NCBI GenBank assembly: GCA_948472595.1
Contig: CAOKUK010000001.1
Location: forward strand, 1-36,677
Length of the DNA: 36,677 nucleotides
Direction of reading: 5' to 3'
Source of the DNA: an uncultured Eubacterium sp.
GTDB taxonomy: Bacteria; Bacillota; Clostridia; Lachnospirales; Lachnospiraceae
Both the position numbers and the translations under genes were made by a program. Under the pieces are notes generated by a model. The model made no database searches, had not been told where the DNA came from, and was given only the letters and a program-made list of their open reading frames with translations. Within the stretch, counting starts at the first letter, position 1; every line of letters starts with the position of its first letter. Below, in pieces: positions 1-8,989 of the stretch.

Positions 1-316
1 TGAGGGCCTCCAGGATGTCTTCCCCGCGGCCCACCAGCACAACCTCCACCTCATCCTCATCCAAAAGGGATTCCGGCTGCCTGTCTGTATCAACCAAAAG
101 GGGCTTGAAGCCCTGGTATCCCATGCCATGCGCCGTCAACACCTGCTCTAAGATAGCCCTCAATTTCGGCAGATAGGGATTCCCTTGGGCAGGCTCTTCT
201 AGCGCATCCGAAAACTGCTCCTTCCCCCGCAATCTTGAGAGAATCTTCTTCCTCAACTGGTAAATAAGCGCCTTGGCCCGATATGCTGCTTTTCGAATCC
301 TTCCACCCCCTAACAT
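1..316 (-). CDS. Hypothetical protein, 5' part only (runs off the window start); possibly sporulation-related
   Basis: Read manually (not in the ORF track): ATG at 316-314 opens MLGGGRIRKAAYRAKALIYQLRKKILSRLRGKEQFSDALEEPAQGNPYLPKLRAILEQVL...EDILEAL with no stop to base 1. Purine-rich GAGGAAGG upstream at 340-333, though far from this ATG, and a sigmaE-like promoter at 353-382. Start is uncertain. Confidence 0.55.
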   Translation of the reverse strand, partial: MLGGGRIRKAAYRAKALIYQLRKKILSRLRGKEQFSDALEEPAQGNPYLPKLRAILEQVLTAHGMGYQGFKPLLVDTDRQPESLLDEDEVEVVLVGRGEDILEAL

Positions 317-352
317 GCATGTATGTATGCATCCTTCCTCGCCTTTCGGTGT

Positions 353-382
353 AATATATGCCTCTACCGCATGTTTTATGTT
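353..382 (-). promoter_or_regulatory. Candidate sigmaE (mother-cell sporulation) promoter
   Basis: - strand AACATAAA-14 nt-CATATATT resembles the sigmaE consensus (cATA..-N14-CATAcaaT) and sits just upstream of the truncated CDS. Confidence 0.5.
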
Positions 383-430
383 ACGATTCCAGTGCATTGA
401 CAACCGCTTCTGCCTCCCAGCATAATTTTC

Positions 431-473
431 CAAAAACGCTGCTTTTCGAACGCAGGCATAGCGGCAACAGCGT
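431..473 (-). terminator. Probable intrinsic terminator of the nfeD...dusB operon
   Basis: - strand ACGCTGTT...AGCAGCGT stem (one G-U pair, long loop) ending in a T5 run, about 25 nt after the dusB stop. Confidence 0.5.
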
Positions 474-495
474 CAAGGATAGAAGCGCAGGGCTA

Positions 496-1449
496 TCAGG
501 AAAAAAGCTCCTCCAGCTGCCGATAAGTCTCCACCTCATTAATCCTCCTGCGCAGCTTAGCTGAATTTTTATAGCCGCTGGTGTACCAGGCGGCATGCTT
601 GCGCATTTCCCGGATTCCAGCCAGCTCCCCTTTCCATGCAACCTGCTCCCTGGCATGCCGAAGCAGCATCTGCTCCACCTCCTCTAAGGGTGGCTTAGGA
701 ATTTGCTCCCCTGTTTCCAAATAGCGCAGTATTTGGCTGAAAATCCATGGGTTCCCTTGCGCCGCCCGCCCTATCATAAAACCATCGCAGCCTGTCTCTT
801 CCTTCCTGCGGATGATATCTTCCGCCGTTTGGATGTCCCCGTTCCCAATCACGGGGATGGACACACTTTCTTTAACTTGCCGTATGATATCCCAATCTGC
901 CTTCCCAGAATAGTATTGCTCCCTGCTCCTGCCATGAACCGCTATGGCGGCGGCGCCTGCGGCTTCCGCAGCTTTTGCAACCTCCACGGCATTCACATGC
1001 GCCTCATCAAATCCCTTGCGTATTTTAACGGTCACAGGCTTTTTTATGGCCTTTGCGACTGCCAGGACAATCTCATATGCCAGTTTTGGGTCCTTCATCA
1101 GAGCGGAGCCTTCCCCATTGTTCACCACCTTGGGCACAGGGCAGCCCATATTGATGTCCAAAATATCAAAGGGGCGGTCTTCTATCTCCTTTGCCATCTC
1201 GCCCATTATATAGGGATCTGCGCCAAAGAGCTGCAAGGAGACAGGTCGTTCCTTTGGATGCGTGGCCAGCAAGGCCTCCGTATTCTTATTGCGGTAATAA
1301 ATCCCCTTTGCGCTCACCATCTCCATGCAAATGAGGCCTGCGCCCTGTTCCTTGCATAACATACGGAATGGCAGGTCACATACCCCTGCCATTGGCGCAA
1401 GCACTAAATTATTTTCCAGTGTCACATTCCCGATTTTTAATTGTTCCAT
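496..1449 (-). CDS. dusB: tRNA-dihydrouridine synthase DusB
   Basis: [39 protein letters not shown] and [13 protein letters not shown] motifs; 317 aa. Confidence 0.95.
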   Translation of the reverse strand: MEQLKIGNVTLENNLVLAPMAGVCDLPFRMLCKEQGAGLICMEMVSAKGIYYRNKNTEALLATHPKERPVSLQLFGADPYIMGEMAKEIEDRPFDILDINMGCPVPKVVNNGEGSALMKDPKLAYEIVLAVAKAIKKPVTVKIRKGFDEAHVNAVEVAKAAEAAGAAAIAVHGRSREQYYSGKADWDIIRQVKESVSIPVIGNGDIQTAEDIIRRKEETGCDGFMIGRAAQGNPWIFSQILRYLETGEQIPKPPLEEVEQMLLRHAREQVAWKGELAGIREMRKHAAWYTSGYKNSAKLRRRINEVETYRQLEELFS

Positions 1450-1495
1450 CTTTCTGATACAATCTCCATTTCATTCCTGCAGGCAGCGCACCCAC

Positions 1496-2290
1496 TTAAG
1501 GCTGAGCGCCAGACGGCCTCTCCCGGTTTTGCTTATTGTAAATCAGGCGCAGACCCTGAAGCGTCAAGGTAGGGTCATAAATATCAATGGACTTCACCTC
1601 ATCTGCAATAATAATGCCAAGGCCCCCCGTGGCCACTACCTTCAAGTTCTCGTAACCTGTCTCCTTCTTTGTCTGGCGGATAATGTACTCCGTCTGGCCA
1701 ATCTGCCCATATATCAGCCCAGCCTGCATGCTGCTGATGGTCTCCCGAGCCAAGATGCTCCCCGGCTTCTTAATCTCAATTTCCGGAAGCCTTGCAGCAT
1801 CTTCCCAAAGCGCCTTGGCAGAAGTGCGGATGCCAGGCGCAGTGACCCCTGACACAAATGCCCCCGTCTCATCTACCAGGTCATAAGTGGTGCCAGTCCC
1901 AAAATCAATGACAAAAACAGGGCCCCCATAAAGCTCATAGGCAGCAGCCGCATCCACAATACGGTCTGCCCCCACCTGGCGGGGGTTTTCTGTGGCGATG
2001 TGGATGCCCGTCTTAATCCCAGGCTCCACGACCACAGGATGGATGCCAAAATATTTAATAAACGAGCTCAACAGCGAATGCATCACATTCGGCACCACGG
2101 AAGCGATAATCACATCCTGAATCCCCATGGGATCTATATGGTTGTGGGTCAAAAGGTCCCGGACGCTGATGCCATATTCATCTGAGGTACGCTGCAGCTT
2201 GGTGGTCATCCGAAAGGTCCCCTCTAAGCTCTCCCCATCAAACACGCCGAATGTAATGTTGGTATTCCCAACATCCACAACTAATAACAT
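1496..2290 (-). CDS. coaX: Type III pantothenate kinase
   Basis: N-terminal DVGNTN, SVVP, GADR and IDFGT motifs, VVATGG, TLQGL; 264 aa. Confidence 0.95.
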   Translation of the reverse strand: MLLVVDVGNTNITFGVFDGESLEGTFRMTTKLQRTSDEYGISVRDLLTHNHIDPMGIQDVIIASVVPNVMHSLLSSFIKYFGIHPVVVEPGIKTGIHIATENPRQVGADRIVDAAAAYELYGGPVFVIDFGTGTTYDLVDETGAFVSGVTAPGIRTSAKALWEDAARLPEIEIKKPGSILARETISSMQAGLIYGQIGQTEYIIRQTKKETGYENLKVVATGGLGIIIADEVKSIDIYDPTLTLQGLRLIYNKQNRERPSGAQP

Positions 2291-2294
2291 TGCC

Positions 2295-2621
2295 TTATCC
2301 TCCCAATACCTTATAGTATAGCTCCAGAGCTTCCAGCAAATCCTGCTTTTCCCGCTGGAGCTGCTTAATTTTCAGCACGCTTCCAATATCGTCATAGAGC
2401 AAGTCCCCCTCATCCGCCTCTGTCCGAAACTGCAGGCTCCCCTCTTCATCGAAGAACAAAGCCAGCATTCCCCCTACGTCTTCCGTAAACAGCACGCACA
2501 TAATCTTCAGCTCATCCTTAATATGAGCCGGCAGCGCACAGAATGATTCATTCAAATAAAATTTCCGGGTATATGCGCTGGCAGCGCACAGAGTCACCTC
2601 TCCAAATACCTCATCATACAT
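2295..2621 (-). CDS. Conserved small hypothetical protein (DUF6145-like)
   Basis: [14 protein letters not shown]...[22 protein letters not shown]...[14 protein letters not shown] resembles a conserved Clostridiales family. Overlaps the birA stop; RBS AGGGGG favours the ATG at 2621 (the track starts at 2627). Confidence 0.75.
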   Translation of the reverse strand: MYDEVFGEVTLCAASAYTRKFYLNESFCALPAHIKDELKIMCVLFTEDVGGMLALFFDEEGSLQFRTEADEGDLLYDDIGSVLKIKQLQREKQDLLEALELYYKVLGG

Positions 2622-3612
2622 ACCCATAAATCCCCCTTACAGACACTTCGCCAGAAGACACCTCTACTGTCCCGCCTTCTCGCCCAACCAACAAGGCGCC
2701 CCTCTCATTAATGCCAAGGGCTTTCCCTTCAAATTCCCCTAAGGGATCTAAAACCCGCACTTGCCTGCCGCAGTTTACCAAGAGGGAATTATACTCCGCC
2801 ATAAGGGAAGCTAAATCCTGCCTCTCCATAAAAGCTTCATAATACCTCTCAAATTCCTCCAGCACAGACGCCAGCAGCGCAGCGCGCAAAACCGGCTCCT
2901 GCCGGCCAAGCTCCATATCCAGCGAAGTCGCCTTAGAAGCCAATTTCTCTGGGAAAGAGCCTTGGTGCACATTGATTCCGGCTCCTATCACGATGTGGTT
3001 GACGTAATCAACCTGTGCGCTCATTTCCGTTAAGATGCCCACTGCCTTTTTCCCATTTACCACAATATCGTTGGGCCACTTAATGGCTGCCGGAAGGCCT
3101 GTGGATTTCCCAATGCCTTTTGCCGCCGCAAGAGCCATGACCAAGGTCAGCATAGGAGCGTTTGCCGGATCCATGTCTGGCTTTAGCAGGACGGTAAAGA
3201 AAATGCCGTCCCCCTTGGGCGACTCCCAACCCCGGCCTCGCCTGCCCCGGCCGGCGTTCTGCGCCTCTGCTACAATCACTGCGCCATGCCCCCCAGCGCC
3301 GGGGGATTTTTCCGCCATCCGCTTTGCCTCGTTATTGGTGGAATCCACCTCATCGTAATAATAGATAGGGCGGCCCACCCATTTGGCTTGCAGGCGGCTT
3401 TCTATCTCGCTCTTTGAAAGAATATCAGGGACAGACAGCAGGCGGTAGCCCTTATTCTGCACCGCTTCTATCTGATACCCTGCATCTTTCAGCTGATTTA
3501 TGGCTTTCCAGACAGCAGTCCTGGACACGCCAAGGCATTTGCAGAGTTCCTGGCCGGAAATGAATTCCCCGCCGCCTTCTTGGCGCAAGATTCCCAATAT
3601 CTTTGTCTTCAT
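2614..3612 (-). CDS. birA: Bifunctional biotin--[acetyl-CoA carboxylase] ligase / biotin repressor (group II BirA)
   Basis: N-terminal HTH (ISGQELCKCLGVSRTAVWK), DSTN, QNAGRGRRGRGW, IKWPND and GEVS motifs. Start set to MKTKIL (GAGG RBS) rather than the track's 3714. Confidence 0.95.
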   Translation of the reverse strand: MKTKILGILRQEGGGEFISGQELCKCLGVSRTAVWKAINQLKDAGYQIEAVQNKGYRLLSVPDILSKSEIESRLQAKWVGRPIYYYDEVDSTNNEAKRMAEKSPGAGGHGAVIVAEAQNAGRGRRGRGWESPKGDGIFFTVLLKPDMDPANAPMLTLVMALAAAKGIGKSTGLPAAIKWPNDIVVNGKKAVGILTEMSAQVDYVNHIVIGAGINVHQGSFPEKLASKATSLDMELGRQEPVLRAALLASVLEEFERYYEAFMERQDLASLMAEYNSLLVNCGRQVRVLDPLGEFEGKALGINERGALLVGREGGTVEVSSGEVSVRGIYGYV

Positions 3613-3631
3613 CTTACCTCTCCACCCAGCC

Positions 3632-4615
3632 TTACAAAGTGGCGTACATAATGGCCTTAATGCTGTGCATGCGGTTCTCCGCCTCGTCAAATACGACAGA
3701 CTGGCTGCTTTCAAACACCTCGTCTGTCACTTCCATTTCGGTCAAGCCAAATTTCTCATGGATCTGCCGTCCAATGGCCGTATCCAAATCATGGAAAGCA
3801 GGCAGGCAGTGCATGAAAATCGCAGTATCCTTGGCATAGCCCATTACCTCCCGATTGACCTGGTAAGGCATCAGCTCTTTGATGCGGCTTTCCCACACTT
3901 CGTCTGGCTCGCCCATGGACACCCACACATCTGTGTAAATCACGTCCGCATCCCTGGCGGCTTCCTGCACGTCTTCCGTCAGGGTAATGGATGCGCCTGT
4001 CTCTTTGGCTACCTCCATGCAGTACTCCACCAAAGAGGAATCTGGGAAATAATTTGGGTTGGTGCATGCCACAAAGTTCATGCCCAGCTTTGCACAAGCC
4101 ACCATCAATGAATTGCCCATATTATAGCGGGCATCCCCCATATAGACGAATTTTACGCCCTCTAAGCGCCCAAGCTTTTCCTGCACGGTCAGCATGTCGG
4201 CAATCATTTGGGTGGGGTGGAATTCATTCGTCAGGCCATTCCAAACGGGCACGCCCGCATATTTCGCCAATTCCTCCACGATTTCCTGGCCATATCCCCG
4301 ATACTCAATGCCGTCATACATCCTGCCCAGAACCCGGGCTGTGTCGGCAATGCTTTCTTTCTTGCCGATTTGGGAACCGGAAGGGTCTAAGTATGTAACA
4401 TGCATCCCCAAATCGTGAGCCGCCACCTCAAAGGAGCAGCGGGTCCTAGTGCTCGTCTTCTCAAAAATCAGCGCAATGTTCTTGCCCTTTAGCACGTCAT
4501 GGGCAGCGCCCTTCTTTTTCTTTGCCTTCAAATCTGCAGATAACTCAATGAAATACCGGATTTCCTCTGGCGTGAAATCCTTCAGCTTTAAAAAGCTTCG
4601 CCCTTTTAAATTCAT
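3632..4615 (-). CDS. argF: Ornithine carbamoyltransferase
   Basis: FEKTSTRT carbamoyl-phosphate motif, HPTQ, DVWVSMG, FMHCLP, AENRMH. GGAGG RBS before ATG 4615. Confidence 0.93.
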   Translation of the reverse strand: MNLKGRSFLKLKDFTPEEIRYFIELSADLKAKKKKGAAHDVLKGKNIALIFEKTSTRTRCSFEVAAHDLGMHVTYLDPSGSQIGKKESIADTARVLGRMYDGIEYRGYGQEIVEELAKYAGVPVWNGLTNEFHPTQMIADMLTVQEKLGRLEGVKFVYMGDARYNMGNSLMVACAKLGMNFVACTNPNYFPDSSLVEYCMEVAKETGASITLTEDVQEAARDADVIYTDVWVSMGEPDEVWESRIKELMPYQVNREVMGYAKDTAIFMHCLPAFHDLDTAIGRQIHEKFGLTEMEVTDEVFESSQSVVFDEAENRMHSIKAIMYATL

Positions 4616-4667
4616 GGTTTCCTCCAATAATAGTTTGTTCTCATGTACCAGCAAGGCGGCAAAGGGG

Positions 4668-5600
4668 TCATCCCTCCTTCGCCACCTCTGTAATAGATTT
4701 CACTGCGCCCGCCAGCCCCTGGATTTCCGAAGGGATGATAATCTTCGTGGCCTTGCCGTCTGCGGCTTTCATAAAGGCCTCTAAGCTCTTTAACTGCAGC
4801 ACGGCGCTGTCCGGCGCCGCTTCCTTTAAGAACCGCAGTCCGTCTGCATTTGCCCTTTGGATCCTTAAGATGGCTTCCGCCTGCCCCTCTGCCTCCCGCA
4901 TAGTGGCTTCTTTCTTCGCCTCCGCCCGCAAGATGGCAGCCTGTTTCTCTGCCTCTGCATCCAGGATGGCCGACTCCTTCTTCCCCTCTGCCACCAGAAC
5001 CGTCGCCGTCTTCTCCCCTTCCGCCTGGGTGACGGCTGCGCGGCGCTCCCGCTCCGCTTTGGCCTGCTTCTCCATAGCGTCTTGAATCTGCTGAGGCGGA
5101 ATGATATTCTTCAGCTCCACCCGGTTGACCTTAATGCCCCAAGGGTCTGTGGCAACGTCCAAGGAAGCCCGCATCTTCGTGTTAATCAGCTCCCGGGAGG
5201 TCAAAGTCTCATCCAATTCCAAATCGCCGATAATATTGCGCAAGGTCGTGGCCGTCAAATTCTCAATGGCCATAATCGGGTTTTCCACCCCATAGGCAAA
5301 AAGCTTGGGGTCCGTAATCTGGAAATAGACCACCGTGTCAATCCGCATGGTCACATTGTCTTTGGTAATCACTGGCTGGGGCGCAAAATCCACCACCTGC
5401 TCCTTGAGGAGCACCCGCCTGGCCACCCGGTCGATAAAGGGCACCTTAAAATGCAGCCCCACGCCCCAAGTGCCCTGATAGCCGCCCAAACGCTCAATCA
5501 CAAGAGCATGCGCCTGGGGCACGATTTTCACGCAGGACGCCAGCAAAATTAAAATAAAAACAGCCAATAACAGGAGAAACAATAATCCCATATATTCCAT
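4668..5600 (-). CDS. SPFH/Band 7/stomatin-like membrane protein (QmcA-like)
   Basis: N-terminal TM helix, ERLG, ITKDNV, LRNIIG and WGIKVNRVE motifs, Ala/Glu-rich coiled coil (AEG repeats); directly follows nfeD. Confidence 0.92.
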   Translation of the reverse strand: MEYMGLLFLLLLAVFILILLASCVKIVPQAHALVIERLGGYQGTWGVGLHFKVPFIDRVARRVLLKEQVVDFAPQPVITKDNVTMRIDTVVYFQITDPKLFAYGVENPIMAIENLTATTLRNIIGDLELDETLTSRELINTKMRASLDVATDPWGIKVNRVELKNIIPPQQIQDAMEKQAKAERERRAAVTQAEGEKTATVLVAEGKKESAILDAEAEKQAAILRAEAKKEATMREAEGQAEAILRIQRANADGLRFLKEAAPDSAVLQLKSLEAFMKAADGKATKIIIPSEIQGLAGAVKSITEVAKEG

Positions 5601-5624
5601 CCTTCCATCCCTCCGTTTCCTGAA

Positions 5625-6065
5625 TCATTGCAATAAATCTTTCTTTTCCTTTACCAAAAGCTTCACGCCGCTGATGTCCACAATCTCCACCTGGGCTCCC
5701 TTGGGGATGGCAATGCCGTCCACTGCCCTCGCCGTCCACTCCTGCCCGTTGACGCACACTAAGCCCTGAGCCTTTAAGTTGTCTACCCCCTCCAGCACCA
5801 CGGCTTGCTTCCCTATCAGGCTCTCCGCATTCGTCTTTTCCCTGTCCTTATTGAAAAATTTCACGGCCAGCGGCCTGGTAGCCGCCAACAGAACCACCGA
5901 CACCACTACAAACAGCAGCGCCTGCACTGCCAGGCCTGCACCCAACAAGTAAGCCAAAAAGGCCACCAACGCACCTCCTGCAAACCAAATCGTGGTAAGC
6001 CCTAAGGTGGCAATCTCAATGATAGACATGACAAGGATGACTGCCAGCCAAAATATGCCTTCCAT
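5625..6065 (-). CDS. NfeD-family membrane protein (short form, C-terminal OB fold)
   Basis: Hydrophobic N-terminus, then SLIGKQAVV...GLVCVNGQEWTAR...VEIVDISGVKLLV. Canonical nfeD-SPFH pair; AAGGGGG RBS before ATG 6065. Confidence 0.9.
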   Translation of the reverse strand: MEGIFWLAVILVMSIIEIATLGLTTIWFAGGALVAFLAYLLGAGLAVQALLFVVVSVVLLAATRPLAVKFFNKDREKTNAESLIGKQAVVLEGVDNLKAQGLVCVNGQEWTARAVDGIAIPKGAQVEIVDISGVKLLVKEKKDLLQ

Positions 6066-6085
6066 TCCAGTTCCCCCTTTCACCC

Positions 6086-6114
6086 ATTCTACTATATTTT
6101 CTCCCAAAATACAA
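6086..6114 (-). promoter_or_regulatory. sigmaA-type promoter for the nfeD-SPFH-argF-birA-DUF6145-coaX-dusB operon
   Basis: - strand TTGTAT-17 nt-TAGAAT. Confidence 0.55.
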
Positions 6115-6130
6115 TTATTACTCCTATCAT

Positions 6131-6217
6131 AAAACCCAGGGAGCCGCCCAGCCCGCCGAACAGCCCAGGTCTTCCTACAAATCCTAAGCATCCAAACGAG
6201 CCTTGCGGTTCCCTGGG
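6131..6217 (-). terminator. Long-loop stem with U tract after hpf (probable terminator)
   Basis: Inverted repeat CCCAGGGAGCCGC (6135-6147) / GCGGTTCCCTGGG (6205-6217), 12/13 complementary, followed on the - strand by TTTT. Confidence 0.5.
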
Positions 6218-6265
6218 CTATCCGCCTAGCGAAGCCAGGAACCCTTGCCTGCCGTATTGCCCTTC

Positions 6266-6793
6266 CTAAAATTCAGGCTCAATCAGGCCATACGTATTCC
6301 CCTTCCTCTTATACACTACGTTCACTTCCTCTGTCTCCGCATTCTGGAACACAAAGAAATTATGCCCCAACAATTCCATCTGCACGCAGGCGTCCTCCGG
6401 GTACATGGGCTTCATCCCAAACCGCTTGGTGCGGATAATCTTCACGTCCTCGTCGTCCTCCATCTCCTTCTCGATAAATTCCTTCTGGAAATTTGCAGCC
6501 GACTGCTTTTTTTCAATAATCTTATTCTTATATTTCTTTAACTGCCGCTCAATGACTTCCTCTACCAAATCAATGGAAACGTACATGTCGTTGCTGACTT
6601 GCTCAGAACGGATGATATTCCCCTTCACAGGAATGGTCACCTCAATTTTCTGGCGCTCCTTCTCGACGCTTAAGGTAACCATAATATCCGTCTCCGGCGT
6701 AAAATACCTTTCCAGCTTTGACAGCTTCTCCTCTACTGCCTGCCTTAAGCCATCGCTTATGTCAATATTCTTGCCGCTAATTATAATACGCAT
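6266..6793 (-). CDS. hpf: Ribosome hibernation promoting factor, long form (HPF/RaiA plus C-terminal S30AE domain)
   Basis: IIISGKNIDI...DMYVSIDLV N-domain and KPMYPEDACVQMELLGHNFFVF...VVYKRKGNTYGLIEP C-domain. Confidence 0.95.
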   Translation of the reverse strand: MRIIISGKNIDISDGLRQAVEEKLSKLERYFTPETDIMVTLSVEKERQKIEVTIPVKGNIIRSEQVSNDMYVSIDLVEEVIERQLKKYKNKIIEKKQSAANFQKEFIEKEMEDDEDVKIIRTKRFGMKPMYPEDACVQMELLGHNFFVFQNAETEEVNVVYKRKGNTYGLIEPEF

Positions 6794-6846
6794 ACAATCC
6801 AACCCCTTTACTGTTTATTTTTTGCTATCATTTCCGCTTCGTGGTC

Positions 6847-6875
6847 ATTATATCACATCAACCACGCAAATACAA
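6847..6875 (-). promoter_or_regulatory. sigmaA-type promoter of hpf
   Basis: - strand TTGTAT-17 nt-TATAAT with TGn extended -10. Confidence 0.65.
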
Positions 6876-7094
6876 GCCTTCCAGGGCGCAATGATAGCGT
6901 AACTTTGCCTTTGGATTCTGATAGACAGGCTTCCTCTAGTCTTTTTCCAGTTTGGGGATTCCATTTTCGAAAAAATACGGTATACTATGTTTCATAAGGG
7001 ACGCCTCTTTCTTTGGTTTTGTTATTTTTCCAGTTAAATAATACCACGGAAGCTGGTGTTCCCTATCATTTTTTGCCAAAAGAAAGGAAGCCTT

Positions 7095-7829
7095 ATGAAG
7101 CCGAAAATTGCCTTTATCACAGGCGCTTCCCGAGGGATAGGGAGCGCCATTGCAGAAGAATACGCAAGGCATGGGTACGCCATCGCCATTAATTGTAAAA
7201 ATTCCGGGGATTCCCTCCTGGCCTTATCCCGCATCCTTGCCGAAACATACCATATCCCCTGTCTTCCCTTGGTGGGCGATATCAGCAGAGAAGATTTTAC
7301 AATAGAAGCCTTCCACGCCATAGAAAATACATTTGGCGGCATTGACGTGCTGGTGAACAACGCCGGAATATCCAAAATCGGCACGCTCACAGACATGAGC
7401 CTGGAAGAATGGAACCAAGTGATCCAAGTAAACCTGACCTCCTTGTTCTGCTGCTGCAAACAGGCCATCCCCTACATGCTGCGCCGCCAGTCCGGCGCCA
7501 TCCTGAACGTCTCATCCGTCTGGGGGAATGTGGGCGCCTCCTGCGAGGTGGCCTATTCTGCCTCCAAAGGCGGCGTCAACGCTTTCACCAAGGCGCTGGC
7601 AAAGGAACTGGCGCCCAGCCATATTTCCGTCAATGCCATTGCCTGTGGAGCCATCGACACCCAAATGAACCAATTCCTTGCCCCAGAAGAGCGGCGCCAG
7701 TTGGAGGCGGAAATCCCAGCCGGCAGGTTCGGCGCACCAGAAGAGGTTGCAAAGCTGGCCTTTTCCATTACAGAAGCCCCCTCCTACCTGACGGGGCAAA
7801 TCATCGCCCTGGACGGGGGATGGCAGTAG
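7095..7829 (+). CDS. ymfI: Short-chain dehydrogenase/reductase, YmfI-like (EF-P 5-aminopentanone reductase / FabG family)
   Basis: TGASRGIG, NNAG and YSASKGG catalytic YxxxK. SSVWGNVGASCEVAYS matches the SSxWGxxGASCEVxYS pattern I recall for YmfI. AAAGGA RBS before ATG 7095. Confidence 0.75.
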   Translation: MKPKIAFITGASRGIGSAIAEEYARHGYAIAINCKNSGDSLLALSRILAETYHIPCLPLVGDISREDFTIEAFHAIENTFGGIDVLVNNAGISKIGTLTDMSLEEWNQVIQVNLTSLFCCCKQAIPYMLRRQSGAILNVSSVWGNVGASCEVAYSASKGGVNAFTKALAKELAPSHISVNAIACGAIDTQMNQFLAPEERRQLEAEIPAGRFGAPEEVAKLAFSITEAPSYLTGQIIALDGGWQ

Positions 7830-8087
7830 CTTTTTGCTCTTTTTGGCAGCAGGTTACTGCCTTTTGCTGCCCCTTCCAATCTGACAAATAAAGCCTTTTA
7901 TAGTTATAAACAAGCCTATTGCAGTCCTTCACTCTTAACATTCGCTTATAAAAGGTGATTTTAGGGGAATATTTCATGCTTTAAATGTTCAAATTTGTGA
8001 ATTGCATTTGAGTTTTGCCTATTTCCATTATTTTCCAGATAATATTTCGTAAAATATAATTATCACACACTAAAGAGGAACATTTAT

Positions 8088-8459
8088 ATGAAATTCTCAA
8101 ACAGATTGGAAAATCTATTAGAAGAACACAACCTTACCCAGAGGAAATTATCCACAGAACTCCATATTGCGCCATCCACCTTAAATGGATATTTGAGGAA
8201 AAACCGGGAGCCAGACTATGACACACTGATTAAAATTTCCAAATATTTTAATGTATCAACGGACTACATTTTAGGAGTGACCAATATACGCAACCCTTAT
8301 AACCATGGCGAATGCTTTGATGACAAGGAAGAAGAGCTGCTGGGGATATACCGTGAGCTTATGCCAAAGGAACAAGAGTATTTAATCAAACAGGCGCACA
8401 TTTACCGCCATGATGGTTTGGATTTTTTAACTACTTCCAAAAAGCATGGAAGTACCTAA
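8088..8459 (+). CDS. XRE-family HTH transcriptional regulator (paralog 1)
   Basis: RLENLLEEHNLTQRKLS..LHIAPSTLNGY...REPD....ISKYFNVSTDYILG; AAGAGG RBS. Confidence 0.9.
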   Translation: MKFSNRLENLLEEHNLTQRKLSTELHIAPSTLNGYLRKNREPDYDTLIKISKYFNVSTDYILGVTNIRNPYNHGECFDDKEEELLGIYRELMPKEQEYLIKQAHIYRHDGLDFLTTSKKHGST

Positions 8460-8560
8460 ATCTCATATCAAAAACCTCAATTTGCGTATTATTTCTTCTG
8501 AATAGGCATGTATCGATTAAGATGTTAGAGTTAGATTTTATCTTATGGGGAGGTGCCTAT

Positions 8561-8911
8561 ATGGATTTTAGCATCCGGCTGGAAAATCTGATTGAAGAAT
8601 ATTGCGTCACGCAAAAACAACTGTCTTTAGAGCTTCATATTGCACCAACGACTTTAAATGGATATATTAACAGCTGCCGAGAGCCAGACTTTTGCACGCT
8701 GGCAAGGATTGCCCGCTACTTTGATGTGTCTACAGATTACCTGCTAGGCCTATCCCAAGAGAAAAAGCCTGTGCCGTCGACCTTAAATCCCGCAGAAGGG
8801 GCGCTGATACATCTTTATCGTTCCTTGAACTCTGAACGCCAAGAACTTCTAATAGAACAAGCAAAATTTTACAAAAGCCTCAGCGCAAAGGCTTCCAAAA
8901 AAAATGGATAA
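8561..8911 (+). CDS. XRE-family HTH transcriptional regulator (paralog 2)
   Basis: Same HTH signature (LHIAPTTLNGY...REPD...YFDVSTDYLLG); GGAGG RBS before ATG 8561. Confidence 0.9.
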   Translation: MDFSIRLENLIEEYCVTQKQLSLELHIAPTTLNGYINSCREPDFCTLARIARYFDVSTDYLLGLSQEKKPVPSTLNPAEGALIHLYRSLNSERQELLIEQAKFYKSLSAKASKKNG

Positions 8912-8920
8912 GGAATTTTT

Positions 8921-8970
8921 AAACAGCAAACCATACGCCGCCTGGCTGCAAGCAGCCAAGCGGCGTATGG
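8921..8970 (-). terminator. Intrinsic terminator between convergent secA and XRE genes
   Basis: 19-nt inverted repeat CCATACGCCGCCTGGCTGC (8931-8949) / GCAGCCAAGCGGCGTATGG (8952-8970). The single mismatch is a G-U pair on the - strand, followed by TTTGCTGTTT. Confidence 0.8.
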
Positions 8971-8989
8971 CCATGCCAAAAAATAATTC

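Noticed and set aside
90-332. 80-aa ORF in the track
   Set aside because: It overlaps the longer open frame from 316 on the same strand and reads like an off-frame product. Not fully excluded, since its ATG at 320 is closer to the purine-rich RBS.
3613-3714. N-terminal extensions given by the track for birA (also argF, nfeD, ymfI, XRE2, cysK, mnmE)
   Set aside because: Downstream ATGs have clear RBSs or match family N-termini; the extensions overlap neighbouring genes or promoters.
8088-8911. Prophage or ICE immunity module
   Set aside because: The genes are tandem rather than divergent, and I see no integrase, ImmA-like protease, att repeats or phage genes in the window.
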